Source: a virus
Taxonomy: Duplodnaviria > Heunggongvirae > Uroviricota > Caudoviricetes
Strand: one strand, 5' to 3'
Length of the DNA stretch: 13,324 nt
IMG/VR virus record: IMGVR_UViG_2695420744_000004
Span: 1 to 13,324 of that record
The notes beneath the pieces were generated by a model. It was not told the DNA's origin, made no database searches, and saw only the letters and a list, made by a program, of their open reading frames with translations. Made by a program: the position numbers and the translations under genes. Shown here piece by piece: positions 1 through 6,513 of the stretch (its first letter is position 1; every line of letters starts with the position of its first letter).

Positions 1-5
1 ACTTT

Positions 6-63
6 AAAAAGGGCGGCAGAGCAGTCACGGAGTAAAACTGATACCGCCAAACGTCACCAGAAA
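6..63 (-). ncRNA. dicF: DicF-like small RNA, 3' portion with terminator at the window edge
   Basis: The minus-strand reading of 63..1 is UUUCUGGUGACGUUUGGCGGUAUCAGUUUUACUCCGUGACUGCUCUGCCGCCCUUUUUAAAGU, which matches my recollection of the ~53-nt E. coli DicF RNA. It has GGCGG/CCGCC pairing and ends in a U-run like an intrinsic terminator. It lies at the distal end of the leftward early operon, as dicF does in Qin. Recalled, not searched. Confidence 0.6.
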
Positions 64-305
64 ATGGATAACAGAGGGCGTTGCAGCGTGGTTGTCTCTT
101 AAGCGTATGGTCAACCTGACAACCCGGTGCTCCACAGGGGGAGAAGAGTACCCCCGCCATACTTACCGCCGCGCCGTTTCGCGGATTGCCACAACCGGGA
201 GCGCACGGTCGACGAAAATTTAACGACAAGCCATCTATGAACCAGAAACCTCGCCGTGCGCTTTCGTGTTGTGTGCCTGCTTTTAACCACGTCAGGCGAG
301 GTGGT

Positions 306-334
306 ATCCTTAAAATCACCACAGTTTTAAGGAT
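306..334. promoter_or_regulatory. perfect 10-bp inverted repeat (ATCCTTAAAA / TTTTAAGGAT, 9-bp spacer) just upstream of the 345 start codon
   Basis: Arms at 306-315 and 325-334 are exact reverse complements. No U-run follows on either strand, so a protein-binding site or RNA structure is more likely than a terminator. Confidence 0.3.
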
Positions 335-344
335 TCATTAAGCA

Positions 345-665
345 ATGTCGCAACCACCAATAAATCCACTTAAGAACATGAAAATTGATTACTGGTATAA
401 AGCGCTTACAGTTGTTGGCGCTGCGTTGTTTGTCTTTAATGGAACGTCTTTTTTCGACAGATATCCCGTTGTTCCATTGGGTTTTTTGTCCTCCGGCATC
501 TTTTTTATTGGTTTGGGAGAGTGGATTAACCACCCTCTCAAAGTGAGATTTATTGGTCCTGGAGTTTGGGCTCGTGGATATAACCGTTCTTCGTGCTCAC
601 TCGGTATCATCTTCGACATACTTGGTTGTTTCCTGATTGTTACAGGAGTCGTCAAGTTCTTCTGA
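345..665 (+). CDS. small integral membrane protein (about three hydrophobic helices), possibly superinfection-exclusion-like given its sieB-like position
   Basis: 106-aa ORF with three hydrophobic stretches (ALTVVGAALFVF, VVPLGFLSSGIFFIGLGEW, SLGIIFDILGCFLIVTGVV). It is on the opposite strand to the flanking leftward early genes, as sieB is in Rac. Function is inferred from position only. Confidence 0.5.
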   Translation: MSQPPINPLKNMKIDYWYKALTVVGAALFVFNGTSFFDRYPVVPLGFLSSGIFFIGLGEWINHPLKVRFIGPGVWARGYNRSSCSLGIIFDILGCFLIVTGVVKFF

Positions 666-902
666 TGTAAAACCGCAAATGGGGCACGTAACGGGAATTT
701 TGAAAAGCGTTTCTCCGGGTTCCAGAACAAAATTTTCTGCGGTCTGATTTTGCTTCTCATATTTGTGCTCCGCGTCATTGTGAGAGCACATTCTTATTCT
801 GAGTGCCTGTTTAAACTCACTGAAGCTGAGAGCTTCTTCGCCTTCGGCAAGGCCTTCGAAGTATTCTTCGTAAGCCTTTTCCATGATTGTGTCGAAATCC
901 AT
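597..902 (-). CDS. hypothetical early-left protein (101 aa, acidic N-terminus, C-terminal CPICG motif)
   Basis: ATG at 902 sits one nucleotide after the upstream gene's stop (TGAtATG) with an AGGTGA Shine-Dalgarno inside that gene's end, indicating translational coupling. The 3' end overlaps the convergent membrane-protein ORF by 69 nt. Confidence 0.45.
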   Translation of the reverse strand: MDFDTIMEKAYEEYFEGLAEGEEALSFSEFKQALRIRMCSHNDAEHKYEKQNQTAENFVLEPGETLFKIPVTCPICGFTSEELDDSCNNQETTKYVEDDTE

Positions 903-903
903 A

Positions 904-1059
904 TCACTCACCTGAGTTTCTTTCCAGCCAGCGACGGGCACCATTTTCGGTTTTAAACGTTTTGCTTTTGGTATACGTCATCGCGGTGAACGTACCGTCC
1001 TGGTTGGGGAACACGCCACATACCAGAGATTCGTTGTTGCCAAGATCGATAGTATCCAT
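904..1059 (-). CDS. small prophage early protein, YdaF/YdfA-like (51 aa)
   Basis: Internal ATG at 1059 preceded by GAGGT; product MDTIDLGNNESLVCGVFPNQDGTFTAMTYTKSKTFKTENGARRWLERNSGE. It is the first gene after the PL-like promoter. An alternative in-frame start at 1140 would give 78 aa. The family call is recalled with moderate certainty. Confidence 0.5.
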   Translation of the reverse strand: MDTIDLGNNESLVCGVFPNQDGTFTAMTYTKSKTFKTENGARRWLERNSGE

Positions 1060-1238
1060 GCTGACCTCATTTCCCCTTAACGCCGGGGTAGCGGAACAAA
1101 AACCTGCTGCATAGTTATTAAAGTTGAACCCTGCCGTCATGTTCTTACGCCTCGGGCTGGCTACTTAACCCCTGACCACTGCCTGGTAACTCGAAGTATT
1201 GCCTGGCGTTCTGTGGGGCGGGGTGGGTTGATGAAATA

Positions 1239-1279
1239 ATGATGCACTTTTAAAGTTATGATGTCAACACTTATAAAGT
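1239..1279 (-). promoter_or_regulatory. PL-like leftward promoter with two operator repeats
   Basis: On the minus strand: -35 TTGACA (1267-1262), 17-bp spacer, -10 CATCAT (1244-1239). Operator-like ACTTTTAAAGT (1246-1256) lies in the spacer and ACTTATAAAGT (1269-1279) just upstream, 23 bp apart. The first is the exact reverse complement of the site in the PR spacer (2308-2318). Confidence 0.45.
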
Positions 1280-1291
1280 TAGCTTTTGATC

Positions 1292-1319
1292 AATAAAAAC
1301 CGCCTCGTGTGAAGCGGTT
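1292..1319 (-). terminator. intrinsic terminator downstream of the parE-like gene
   Basis: Minus-strand RNA AACCGCUUC-ACAC-GAGGCGGUU followed by UUUAUUG: 9-bp stem (one G-U), 4-nt loop, U-rich tail, about 17 nt after the toxin stop. Confidence 0.6.
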
Positions 1320-1335
1320 CTGCGAAAAAAGAGGA

Positions 1336-1617
1336 TTATCCAGGAAATTGTCGTCTGGAGTGGGTGACACTTACTATTTCAACACTCGAAGCGGCTACAC
1401 GGTACAGAATGATATAGTTAGGATGAGCTACAATCTCACGCAAGCCAAACGCTCTGTCGCTTGATGGGTATAAGTACGGATGTTCAGATAAAGCTAAAAC
1501 ACATGTCTCAATGCGAATCTTTAGCCTGCGTGCGGCATGGAGATTTTCTTTTGCAATATAGGCTACGATCTGACGTAAATCATCACGTGCAGAAGGTAGC
1601 CATAAAATGGGCAGCAT
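1336..1617 (-). CDS. parE: ParE/RelE-superfamily type II toxin (93 aa)
   Basis: Small basic protein with the typical toxin size. Its start overlaps the stop of the upstream antitoxin ORF. It resembles the ParE2 toxin of the paaR2-paaA2-parE2 system described in E. coli O157 prophages (recalled). Confidence 0.8.
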   Translation of the reverse strand: MLPILWLPSARDDLRQIVAYIAKENLHAARRLKIRIETCVLALSEHPYLYPSSDRAFGLREIVAHPNYIILYRVAASSVEIVSVTHSRRQFPG

Positions 1618-1808
1618 TACACACTCCCGCTAGTCGCAGCAATTTGGGCAATGAGATTTTCCATTTCTGCCATTACATCATCATGAGGAATTGCAGGGCG
1701 CGGATCTGCAAGATTTGCAGCTACTTTTGCACGTAGCCATTCGTTGTAATTATTTTCTTGCTCAACGGTTTCAAACTCAGAAACCATCGGCGAAAGGGCA
1801 GTGTTCAT
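1617..1808 (-). CDS. paaA: PaaA-like antitoxin (63 aa)
   Basis: Start chosen at the internal ATG (1808) preceded by AGGAGG; product MNTALSPMVSEFETVEQENNYNEWLRAKVAANLADPRPAIPHDDVMAEMENLIAQIAATSGSV. Size and sequence match my recollection of the 63-aa PaaA2 antitoxin. Coupled to the downstream toxin. Confidence 0.75.
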   Translation of the reverse strand: MNTALSPMVSEFETVEQENNYNEWLRAKVAANLADPRPAIPHDDVMAEMENLIAQIAATSGSV

Positions 1809-1837
1809 AACATACCTCCTTTGGCTTATGATGTAGA

Positions 1838-2245
1838 CTATGCTCGGTGCCCTTTCTGGGCAGCGAGCCATCTTGCAACAGTGCGCTCCATTGATTCTTT
1901 TTTGTCTTTCATGTCTTTAAGCATTTTTTCTTGATCTTCCTCTGGAAATGCTCCGAATGTTTGAAGCAGTTCCATTTGCCTGGGGCCTATTTTCATAGTA
2001 TCTGGCACCACAACCTGCTCTTCTTCGTTTGGCGGTAACATAAACCAATATGGGGGATAACCCGTTACTTCAGAAAGTTTATCAAGATTAGCTGTTGATG
2101 GACTTGTGATTCCGTGAACCCACTTTTGTACCGATTGCTGGGCAACACCAATCCTGCGGGCTAGTTCTGCCTGCTTAAGTCCTGTTTTTTCCAGTACCAA
2201 TTTTATTCGGTACGTGGTTATTTCAAGGGTGGTCATTCGCTTCAT
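1838..2245 (-). CDS. paaR: HTH (XRE/CI-type) repressor, PaaR-like; first gene of the three-gene operon and in the cI position of the switch
   Basis: HTH motif GLKQAELARRIGVAQQSVQKWVHG. Divergent from the Cro-like gene across an operator-bearing 107-bp region. There is no obvious S24 peptidase domain (135 aa only). The first codon lies about 7 nt downstream of a TAAAAT -10, suggesting a leaderless mRNA. Confidence 0.7.
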   Translation of the reverse strand: MKRMTTLEITTYRIKLVLEKTGLKQAELARRIGVAQQSVQKWVHGITSPSTANLDKLSEVTGYPPYWFMLPPNEEEQVVVPDTMKIGPRQMELLQTFGAFPEEDQEKMLKDMKDKKESMERTVARWLAAQKGHRA

Positions 2246-2352
2246 GCATTCATTTTACATAAAAAAAGTGTAACTAGCACAATCAGCTTAAAGGTGTTGA
2301 TAAACTAACTTTAAAAGTGTATAAATCATGGTGATTCACTGGAGATAACGAT
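2246..2352. promoter_or_regulatory. divergent promoter/operator region (PR-like, and a PRM-like promoter for the repressor)
   Basis: Plus strand: -35 TTGATA (2297-2302), 17-bp spacer, -10 TATAAA (2320-2325) preceded by TG, and GGAGA Shine-Dalgarno 8 nt before ATG 2353. Three AAAG(G)TGT repeats at about 2265, 2290 and 2313, roughly 23-25 bp apart (OR1-3 analogues). Minus strand: TAAAAT at 2257-2252. Confidence 0.6.
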
Positions 2353-2619
2353 ATGCATGAATGTTTAAAAAATAAAATTCACCAAAGAGGGTTATCCCAA
2401 GCAGGTATTGCTCGTTTGATTGGATTACCGCAACAGGTTGTGTCTCGATGGGCTAATGGTCAGCAGGTCCCTGCATCAAGGGTTCTGCAACTTTGTGAGA
2501 TTATGGCGTGGGAGGTTACCCCACACGAACTCCGACCTGATATTTATCCTAACCCAACAGACGGCTTGCCTGCTGAGTTTCAGACTAGCACACAGCCAGC
2601 GACGGGAGTTGATTCATGA
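2353..2619 (+). CDS. ydaS: YdaS-family Cro-like HTH regulator
   Basis: HTH motif SQAGIARLIGLPQQVVSRWANG. Divergent from the repressor and overlaps the downstream ydaT-like start (ATGA). Confidence 0.75.
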   Translation: MHECLKNKIHQRGLSQAGIARLIGLPQQVVSRWANGQQVPASRVLQLCEIMAWEVTPHELRPDIYPNPTDGLPAEFQTSTQPATGVDS

Positions 2620-3041
2620 AAATCAAGCATGAGCACATCCGCATGGCGATGAATGCCTGGGCATATCCTGACGGTGAGAAGGTGCCAGCTGCTGCTATTG
2701 CCAGAGCGTATTTTGAACTGGGGATGACATATCCCGAGTTGCACAACGACGACAGGCACAACGCGCTCTATCTCAACACCCAAAAGATTTTCCGTTGGCT
2801 GGATAAAGACACTCCTGATGCTGTTGAGAAAATTCAGGCATTGTTACCGGCGATCGAAAGGGCAATGCCACCTCCGCTGGTAGCCCGAATGCGCAGCCAC
2901 AGTTCCGCTTATTTTCGGGAGCTGGTGGAGACGCAGGAACGGCTAGTGAAAGATATCGATGATTTCGTTGCATCAGCGATCGTTCTGTTCGACCAGATGA
3001 ATCGTGGTGGTCCTGCGGGTAATTCCGTGGCTGTGCATTGA
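2616..3041 (+). CDS. ydaT: YdaT-family protein (CII-like regulator analogue)
   Basis: 141-aa protein translationally coupled to the ydaS-like gene; synteny with Rac ydaS-ydaT. Family recalled, not searched. Confidence 0.7.
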   Translation: MKIKHEHIRMAMNAWAYPDGEKVPAAAIARAYFELGMTYPELHNDDRHNALYLNTQKIFRWLDKDTPDAVEKIQALLPAIERAMPPPLVARMRSHSSAYFRELVETQERLVKDIDDFVASAIVLFDQMNRGGPAGNSVAVH

Positions 3042-3112
3042 CTGAAAATATTTATACCGGATCGCTTCCGGCAATTCGTGAGTAAAAAGATTCGGTCTCA
3101 GAAGAGGTGAGT

Positions 3113-4153
3113 ATGGCTAATGCCTGGCTCAGATTATGGCATGACATGCCAAATGACCCTAAGTGGCGAACAATTTCCAGGGTGTCAGGACAGCCAATCG
3201 CAACAGTGATGGCTGTGTATATCCACCTTCTGGTGAGCGCGTCACGAAATGTCACGACATGTCACGGCGTGTCACTACGTGGTCACATTGATGTCACAAC
3301 GGAAGATTTAGCAAGTGCACTTGATGTGACGGAAGAAGTAATTGATTCAATTTTGCAGGCGATGCAGGGGCGGGTGCTTGATGGAGATTTAATCACTGGA
3401 TGGGAAAAACGCCAGGTAGCGAAAGAGGATAACGGCAACGTTTCGCAAACCGCGAAATCCCCGGCAGAGCGTAAGAGAGCACAACGCGAGAGGGAAAAAT
3501 TACGAAAACAGAATGAGGGGTGTCACGATGAGTCACGCATATGTCACGACATGTCACTACGAGTCACGACAGATAAAGATACAGATAAAGAATTAAACCC
3601 CACACATAACGCGCGCGTGCGCGAGAGTGCTCCGACCAGTGAATCGAACGGTACGCCGTTGCAGGCAGCGGAACCTGATTACCAGGAAAGCCTGAGCGAA
3701 CCCATCGGGAAGTTTCCGATGGCCGGTGGCTGGCATCCGTCGCCGGATTTTCGACGGCGGGCTGCACTGTGGGGAGTGGCTCTGCCGGAGCCTGAATTTA
3801 CACCTGCTGAACTTGCCGCCTTCAGGGACTACTGGGCAGCTGAGGGGAAAGTTTTTACGCAGGTTCAGTGGGAGCAGAAATTCGCCCGTCACGTAAATCA
3901 CGTCAGGGCGCAGGTTAAACCAGTCAGCAAGGGGGTGCGTCATGCAGCAGCACCAGGTGGCACCGCATCACGGGCAGTTCGGGAAATTCGGGCAGCACGT
4001 GAGCAGTGGGAACGTGAAAACGGATTTGTCAGCGACGGAAACGGCGTGGAAGCTGTGGGAGCTCATGGGGGAGGTTTATTCAAACCGCTGGACTCAGAAG
4101 AACGGGGCCGCACCTTCGAAGCTCTGGATTGCCCAGATTGGCGCGATGACTGA
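3113..4153 (+). CDS. replication initiator (lambda O analogue) with a C-terminal DnaT-like domain
   Basis: Two iteron clusters lie inside the N-terminal coding region. Residues FPMAGGWHPSPDFRRRAALWGVALPEPEFTPAELAAFRDYWAAEGKVFTQVQWEQKFARHV align with the recalled C-terminal domain of E. coli DnaT (…ALWGVAL…YWQAEGKVFHHVQWQQKLA…). AAGAGG Shine-Dalgarno before ATG 3113. The 3' end is uncertain because the frame overlaps the P-like gene. Confidence 0.7.
   Translation: MANAWLRLWHDMPNDPKWRTISRVSGQPIATVMAVYIHLLVSASRNVTTCHGVSLRGHIDVTTEDLASALDVTEEVIDSILQAMQGRVLDGDLITGWEKRQVAKEDNGNVSQTAKSPAERKRAQREREKLRKQNEGCHDESRICHDMSLRVTTDKDTDKELNPTHNARVRESAPTSESNGTPLQAAEPDYQESLSEPIGKFPMAGGWHPSPDFRRRAALWGVALPEPEFTPAELAAFRDYWAAEGKVFTQVQWEQKFARHVNHVRAQVKPVSKGVRHAAAPGGTASRAVREIRAAREQWERENGFVSDGNGVEAVGAHGGGLFKPLDSEERGRTFEALDCPDWRDD
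3241..3297. repeat. iteron cluster 1: six GTCAC(G) repeats at about 10-bp spacing inside the initiator gene
   Basis: GTCAC cores at 3241, 3251, 3261, 3271, 3282 and 3293. Confidence 0.6.
3521..3597. repeat. iteron cluster 2 (five GTCAC repeats at 10-bp spacing) plus adjacent AT-rich tract: candidate replication origin
   Basis: GTCAC cores at 3522, 3532, 3543, 3553 and 3563, followed by AGATAAAGATACAGATAAAGAATTAAA (3571-3597). Iterons next to an AT-rich region is the lambda ori arrangement. Confidence 0.65.
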
Positions 4154-4607
4154 ACAGCAAATCAGGCTGGTCTGCCGTCAGTGCATGGACCGCTGCCGGG
4201 CGGGTGAAACGTGGCCCCCGGACCTGGCTGAGTTTGTTGCGCTGATTTCGGAGAGTGGGGCAAATCCATTTGGTCTTACGGTGGATGCCGTGATGGAAGA
4301 GTACCGGCGCTGGCGCAATGAATCCTGGCGGTACGACGGGAGTGATAAATACCCGTGGCCACAGCCTGTGCTGTACCACATTTGCCTCGAGATGCGCACC
4401 AGAGGGATTGAACGTCAGATGACTGAAAGTGAGCTGAAACGACTTGCAGAACGACTGTTGACCAAATGGGCAAAGAATGTTGGTAACGGCATGAGTGTTC
4501 CGCCAGTGCGACGACAACTGGAAGGGCCAAAACACCCGCCAGGGCCAACGCCAATTGAGTTACTGAAACAGGAATATGAGCGCCGGAAAGCGGCTGGTTT
4601 TGTCTGA
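3942..4607 (+). CDS. lambda P-like replication protein (DnaB helicase loader)
   Basis: The C-terminal two-thirds align with recalled lambda P (ours YPWPQPVLYHICLEMRTRGIERQMTESELKRLAERLLTKW against lambda YPWKSNAHYWLVTNLYQNMRANALTDAELRRKAADELVHM). Strong AAGGGGG Shine-Dalgarno 6 nt before ATG 3942. A later start at ATG 4065 is possible. Confidence 0.8.
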   Translation: MQQHQVAPHHGQFGKFGQHVSSGNVKTDLSATETAWKLWELMGEVYSNRWTQKNGAAPSKLWIAQIGAMTEQQIRLVCRQCMDRCRAGETWPPDLAEFVALISESGANPFGLTVDAVMEEYRRWRNESWRYDGSDKYPWPQPVLYHICLEMRTRGIERQMTESELKRLAERLLTKWAKNVGNGMSVPPVRRQLEGPKHPPGPTPIELLKQEYERRKAAGFV

Positions 4608-4640
4608 ATTTGAGAAATGATTTTGTCGGAGGAAATTTTA

Positions 4641-5354
4641 ATGGAAACCGTTTTTGACGCACTGAAAGCACTGAAAAGAGCCTCTTCACAGGAGGTGTCG
4701 GCCCGCCTTGGAATCAGCCGCGAAGATGCTGTCAACGAGCTGTGGAAGCTGAAACGCCGTGGTGAAGCAGATAACAAGGGGTCGATGTGGTGGCTGACGA
4801 TTGAGGCAACTGAAATGGTCACAAAAACCACTGCGGAGATGCTGATTAACTCAATTGAACAGCATGGTCCTCAGTCGGCTGACGAACTGGCGTTAATGTT
4901 CGGGATTACCTCCCGCCGGGCGAATTCAACGCTGGCAATGGCAATAAGCAAAGGTCGTCTGATTCGAGTAAATCAGAACGGTAAATTTCGTTACTGCCTG
5001 TCGGGCGATAATTTACCAGCAGAGCCGAAAGCTGCATCGGTAACGGAAACTGCTGGTAAAGCCTTTCCTCAGACAGCAGGTGTTGCGTTACCAGTCCGGG
5101 AAGCGGAAACACAGGAAGAAATTAAAACTGAAAGTGTGGCGGTCACAGTGCAGTCACAGCCGTCGTTCACCAGAAAGCATCCGGATAGTCTGATTTTACC
5201 ATCGCTGCATGTGGCTAACCGCGAACTGCGCCGGGCAAAAGGTCAGGTTCAGAAGTGGGAGCGAGTCTGTGCTGCGCTGCGTGAGCTGAACAAGCACCAG
5301 GATATTGTTCGACAGATTGTCGATTCCTCCAGTCGTATTGTGTCGGAAAAGTGA
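4641..5354 (+). CDS. hypothetical protein with two predicted winged-helix-like segments
   Basis: GGAGG Shine-Dalgarno 8 nt before ATG 4641 (the ORF track's upstream start at 4617 lacks one). Function unknown. Confidence 0.55.
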   Translation: METVFDALKALKRASSQEVSARLGISREDAVNELWKLKRRGEADNKGSMWWLTIEATEMVTKTTAEMLINSIEQHGPQSADELALMFGITSRRANSTLAMAISKGRLIRVNQNGKFRYCLSGDNLPAEPKAASVTETAGKAFPQTAGVALPVREAETQEEIKTESVAVTVQSQPSFTRKHPDSLILPSLHVANRELRRAKGQVQKWERVCAALRELNKHQDIVRQIVDSSSRIVSEK

Positions 5355-5369
5355 TTGCCGGAGGTACTT

Positions 5370-5762
5370 ATGGCAAGAGTATTTACACAGGAAGAGCGGG
5401 AAGAAGTGAAGGCGCGCATTGTGGAATTCGTGCGCCTGAGCGGACGAGAAACTTTTCGACAACTGGCAGATAAAACGGGTGTCAGTAAGACCGCTATTCG
5501 TCGTTTATCTGGTGCGCTTGCGGCCAGTGGTGATGTCTGGCTCTCTGATTGCGGGGTATTTCCATCAGAGCAGGCGTATCGCGTATGGCGTAAGACACCG
5601 GAGAAGGCTGCTGACCCGACACTGATTCGAAAGTTACCTGACGGAGAAATACGTCGTTACAACAGATGGCAGAACATAATTTGTCGTGAGTGCCGCCAGA
5701 GCGAGGTTATGCAGCGTGTGCTGGCGTTCTATCGGGGAAACTTTCAGGAGGTGATGGAGTGA
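5370..5762 (+). CDS. hypothetical protein, possible HTH (QLADKTGVSKTAIRRL)
   Basis: GGAGG Shine-Dalgarno 6 nt before ATG 5370. The stop overlaps the next gene's GTG start. Confidence 0.5.
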   Translation: MARVFTQEEREEVKARIVEFVRLSGRETFRQLADKTGVSKTAIRRLSGALAASGDVWLSDCGVFPSEQAYRVWRKTPEKAADPTLIRKLPDGEIRRYNRWQNIICRECRQSEVMQRVLAFYRGNFQEVME

Positions 5763-6055
5763 GGGTGAGAGTTTATATTGCCGGTCCAATGACGGGATAT
5801 GAAAATTTCAACCGTGAGGCGTTTCACAAGGCGGAAGAGGAACTGAAACGGGAAGGGCATACCGTCTTAAACCCGGCAGTACTTCCGGACGGGCTGACAC
5901 AGCCGCACTACATGGATATTTGCATGGCAATGATTCGTTGTGTGGATGCGATTTACATGCTGAATGGCTGGCAGCGGTCAGCGGGCGCTAAGGCAGAGCT
6001 GGCACTGGCGGAGAAACTGGGGCATGCGGTGATTTATCAGGAGGTGGCTCAATGA
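5759..6055 (+). CDS. DUF4406-like / nucleoside 2-deoxyribosyltransferase-like small protein
   Basis: GTG start 8 nt after AGGAGG; N-terminus VRVYIAGPMTGYENFNREAF…VLNP matches the recalled DUF4406 signature (VYIAGPMTG). Translationally coupled on both sides. Confidence 0.55.
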   Translation: MRVRVYIAGPMTGYENFNREAFHKAEEELKREGHTVLNPAVLPDGLTQPHYMDICMAMIRCVDAIYMLNGWQRSAGAKAELALAEKLGHAVIYQEVAQ

Positions 6056-6513
6056 GAGAGGTTAACTATGAGGCGCTTCGTGAGGCAGCACAAAACTATC
6101 AGTCGACGCTGGCGTGGTATCAGGCTATCCCGGACAGCCCAAATGCTGAACGGGATTGTGATGCGGCTCTTGCTGCGTTTAAGCGTCACATCCGTCATCG
6201 GGAAGCGGATATTATCGCTGATTTGCTGGATGGACTGGAAGAAGCAAAATCACAACTCAACGAGCAGCGTGAGTATTACGAAGGCGTTATCTCTGATGGG
6301 AGCAAGCGTATTGCTGCACTGGAAGCGCGGGAAGTTCAATTACCGACTCGCTACGACCTTCGATATGGACACCCGATAAATGCAGATGAGCGACATGTCA
6401 TGATACCTAAAGAAAATGGCAGTTGGCTTTACCTGATTGACCTAGAACACGCATTACGCGTCGCTGGCATTCGCATCAAAGGAGAGGAGCATGGAAATAA
6501 AACCAGAGGATGA
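6052..6513 (+). CDS. hypothetical nin-region protein ending in the shared C-terminal IRIKGE motif
   Basis: ATGA overlap with the upstream gene and AGGAGG Shine-Dalgarno. Its 3' end carries the 18-nt sequence CATTCGCATCAAAGGAGA that also ends the gene at 6943..7368. Confidence 0.6.
   Translation: MREVNYEALREAAQNYQSTLAWYQAIPDSPNAERDCDAALAAFKRHIRHREADIIADLLDGLEEAKSQLNEQREYYEGVISDGSKRIAALEAREVQLPTRYDLRYGHPINADERHVMIPKENGSWLYLIDLEHALRVAGIRIKGEEHGNKTRG

Noticed and set aside
1-160. Possible minus-strand ORF starting at ATG 160 and running off the left edge
   Set aside because: It would be translated straight through the DicF-like RNA and its terminator, has a weak ribosome-binding site and a Cys-rich improbable sequence.
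327-778. Minus-strand ORFs 327..533 and 389..778, antisense to the membrane-protein gene
   Set aside because: Odd composition (Lys/Pro/Thr-rich with no domain-like pattern) and no ribosome-binding site; the plus-strand membrane ORF explains the region better.
750-1114. Plus-strand ORFs 750..956 and 887..1114
   Set aside because: Antisense to two translationally coupled minus-strand genes that have good ribosome-binding sites; no start signals.
1461-1736. Plus-strand ORF antisense to the parE/paaA genes
   Set aside because: It lies entirely inside the well-supported toxin-antitoxin pair and has no ribosome-binding site.
3042-3112. Small hairpin CCGGA-tcgct-TCCGG between the ydaT-like and O-like genes as a tR1-like terminator
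   Set aside because: The stem is only 5 bp with no U-run, so it is too weak to call.
3241-3570. Short periodic repeats that could be mistaken for a CRISPR array
   Set aside because: The repeat unit is only about 10 bp with no spacers of CRISPR size, and it lies inside a coding region next to an AT-rich tract; iterons fit better.
3564-4831. Six long minus-strand ORFs antisense to the O-like and P-like genes
   Set aside because: This is a GC-rich region where spurious open frames are common; the sense-strand genes have recognisable homology and ribosome-binding sites.
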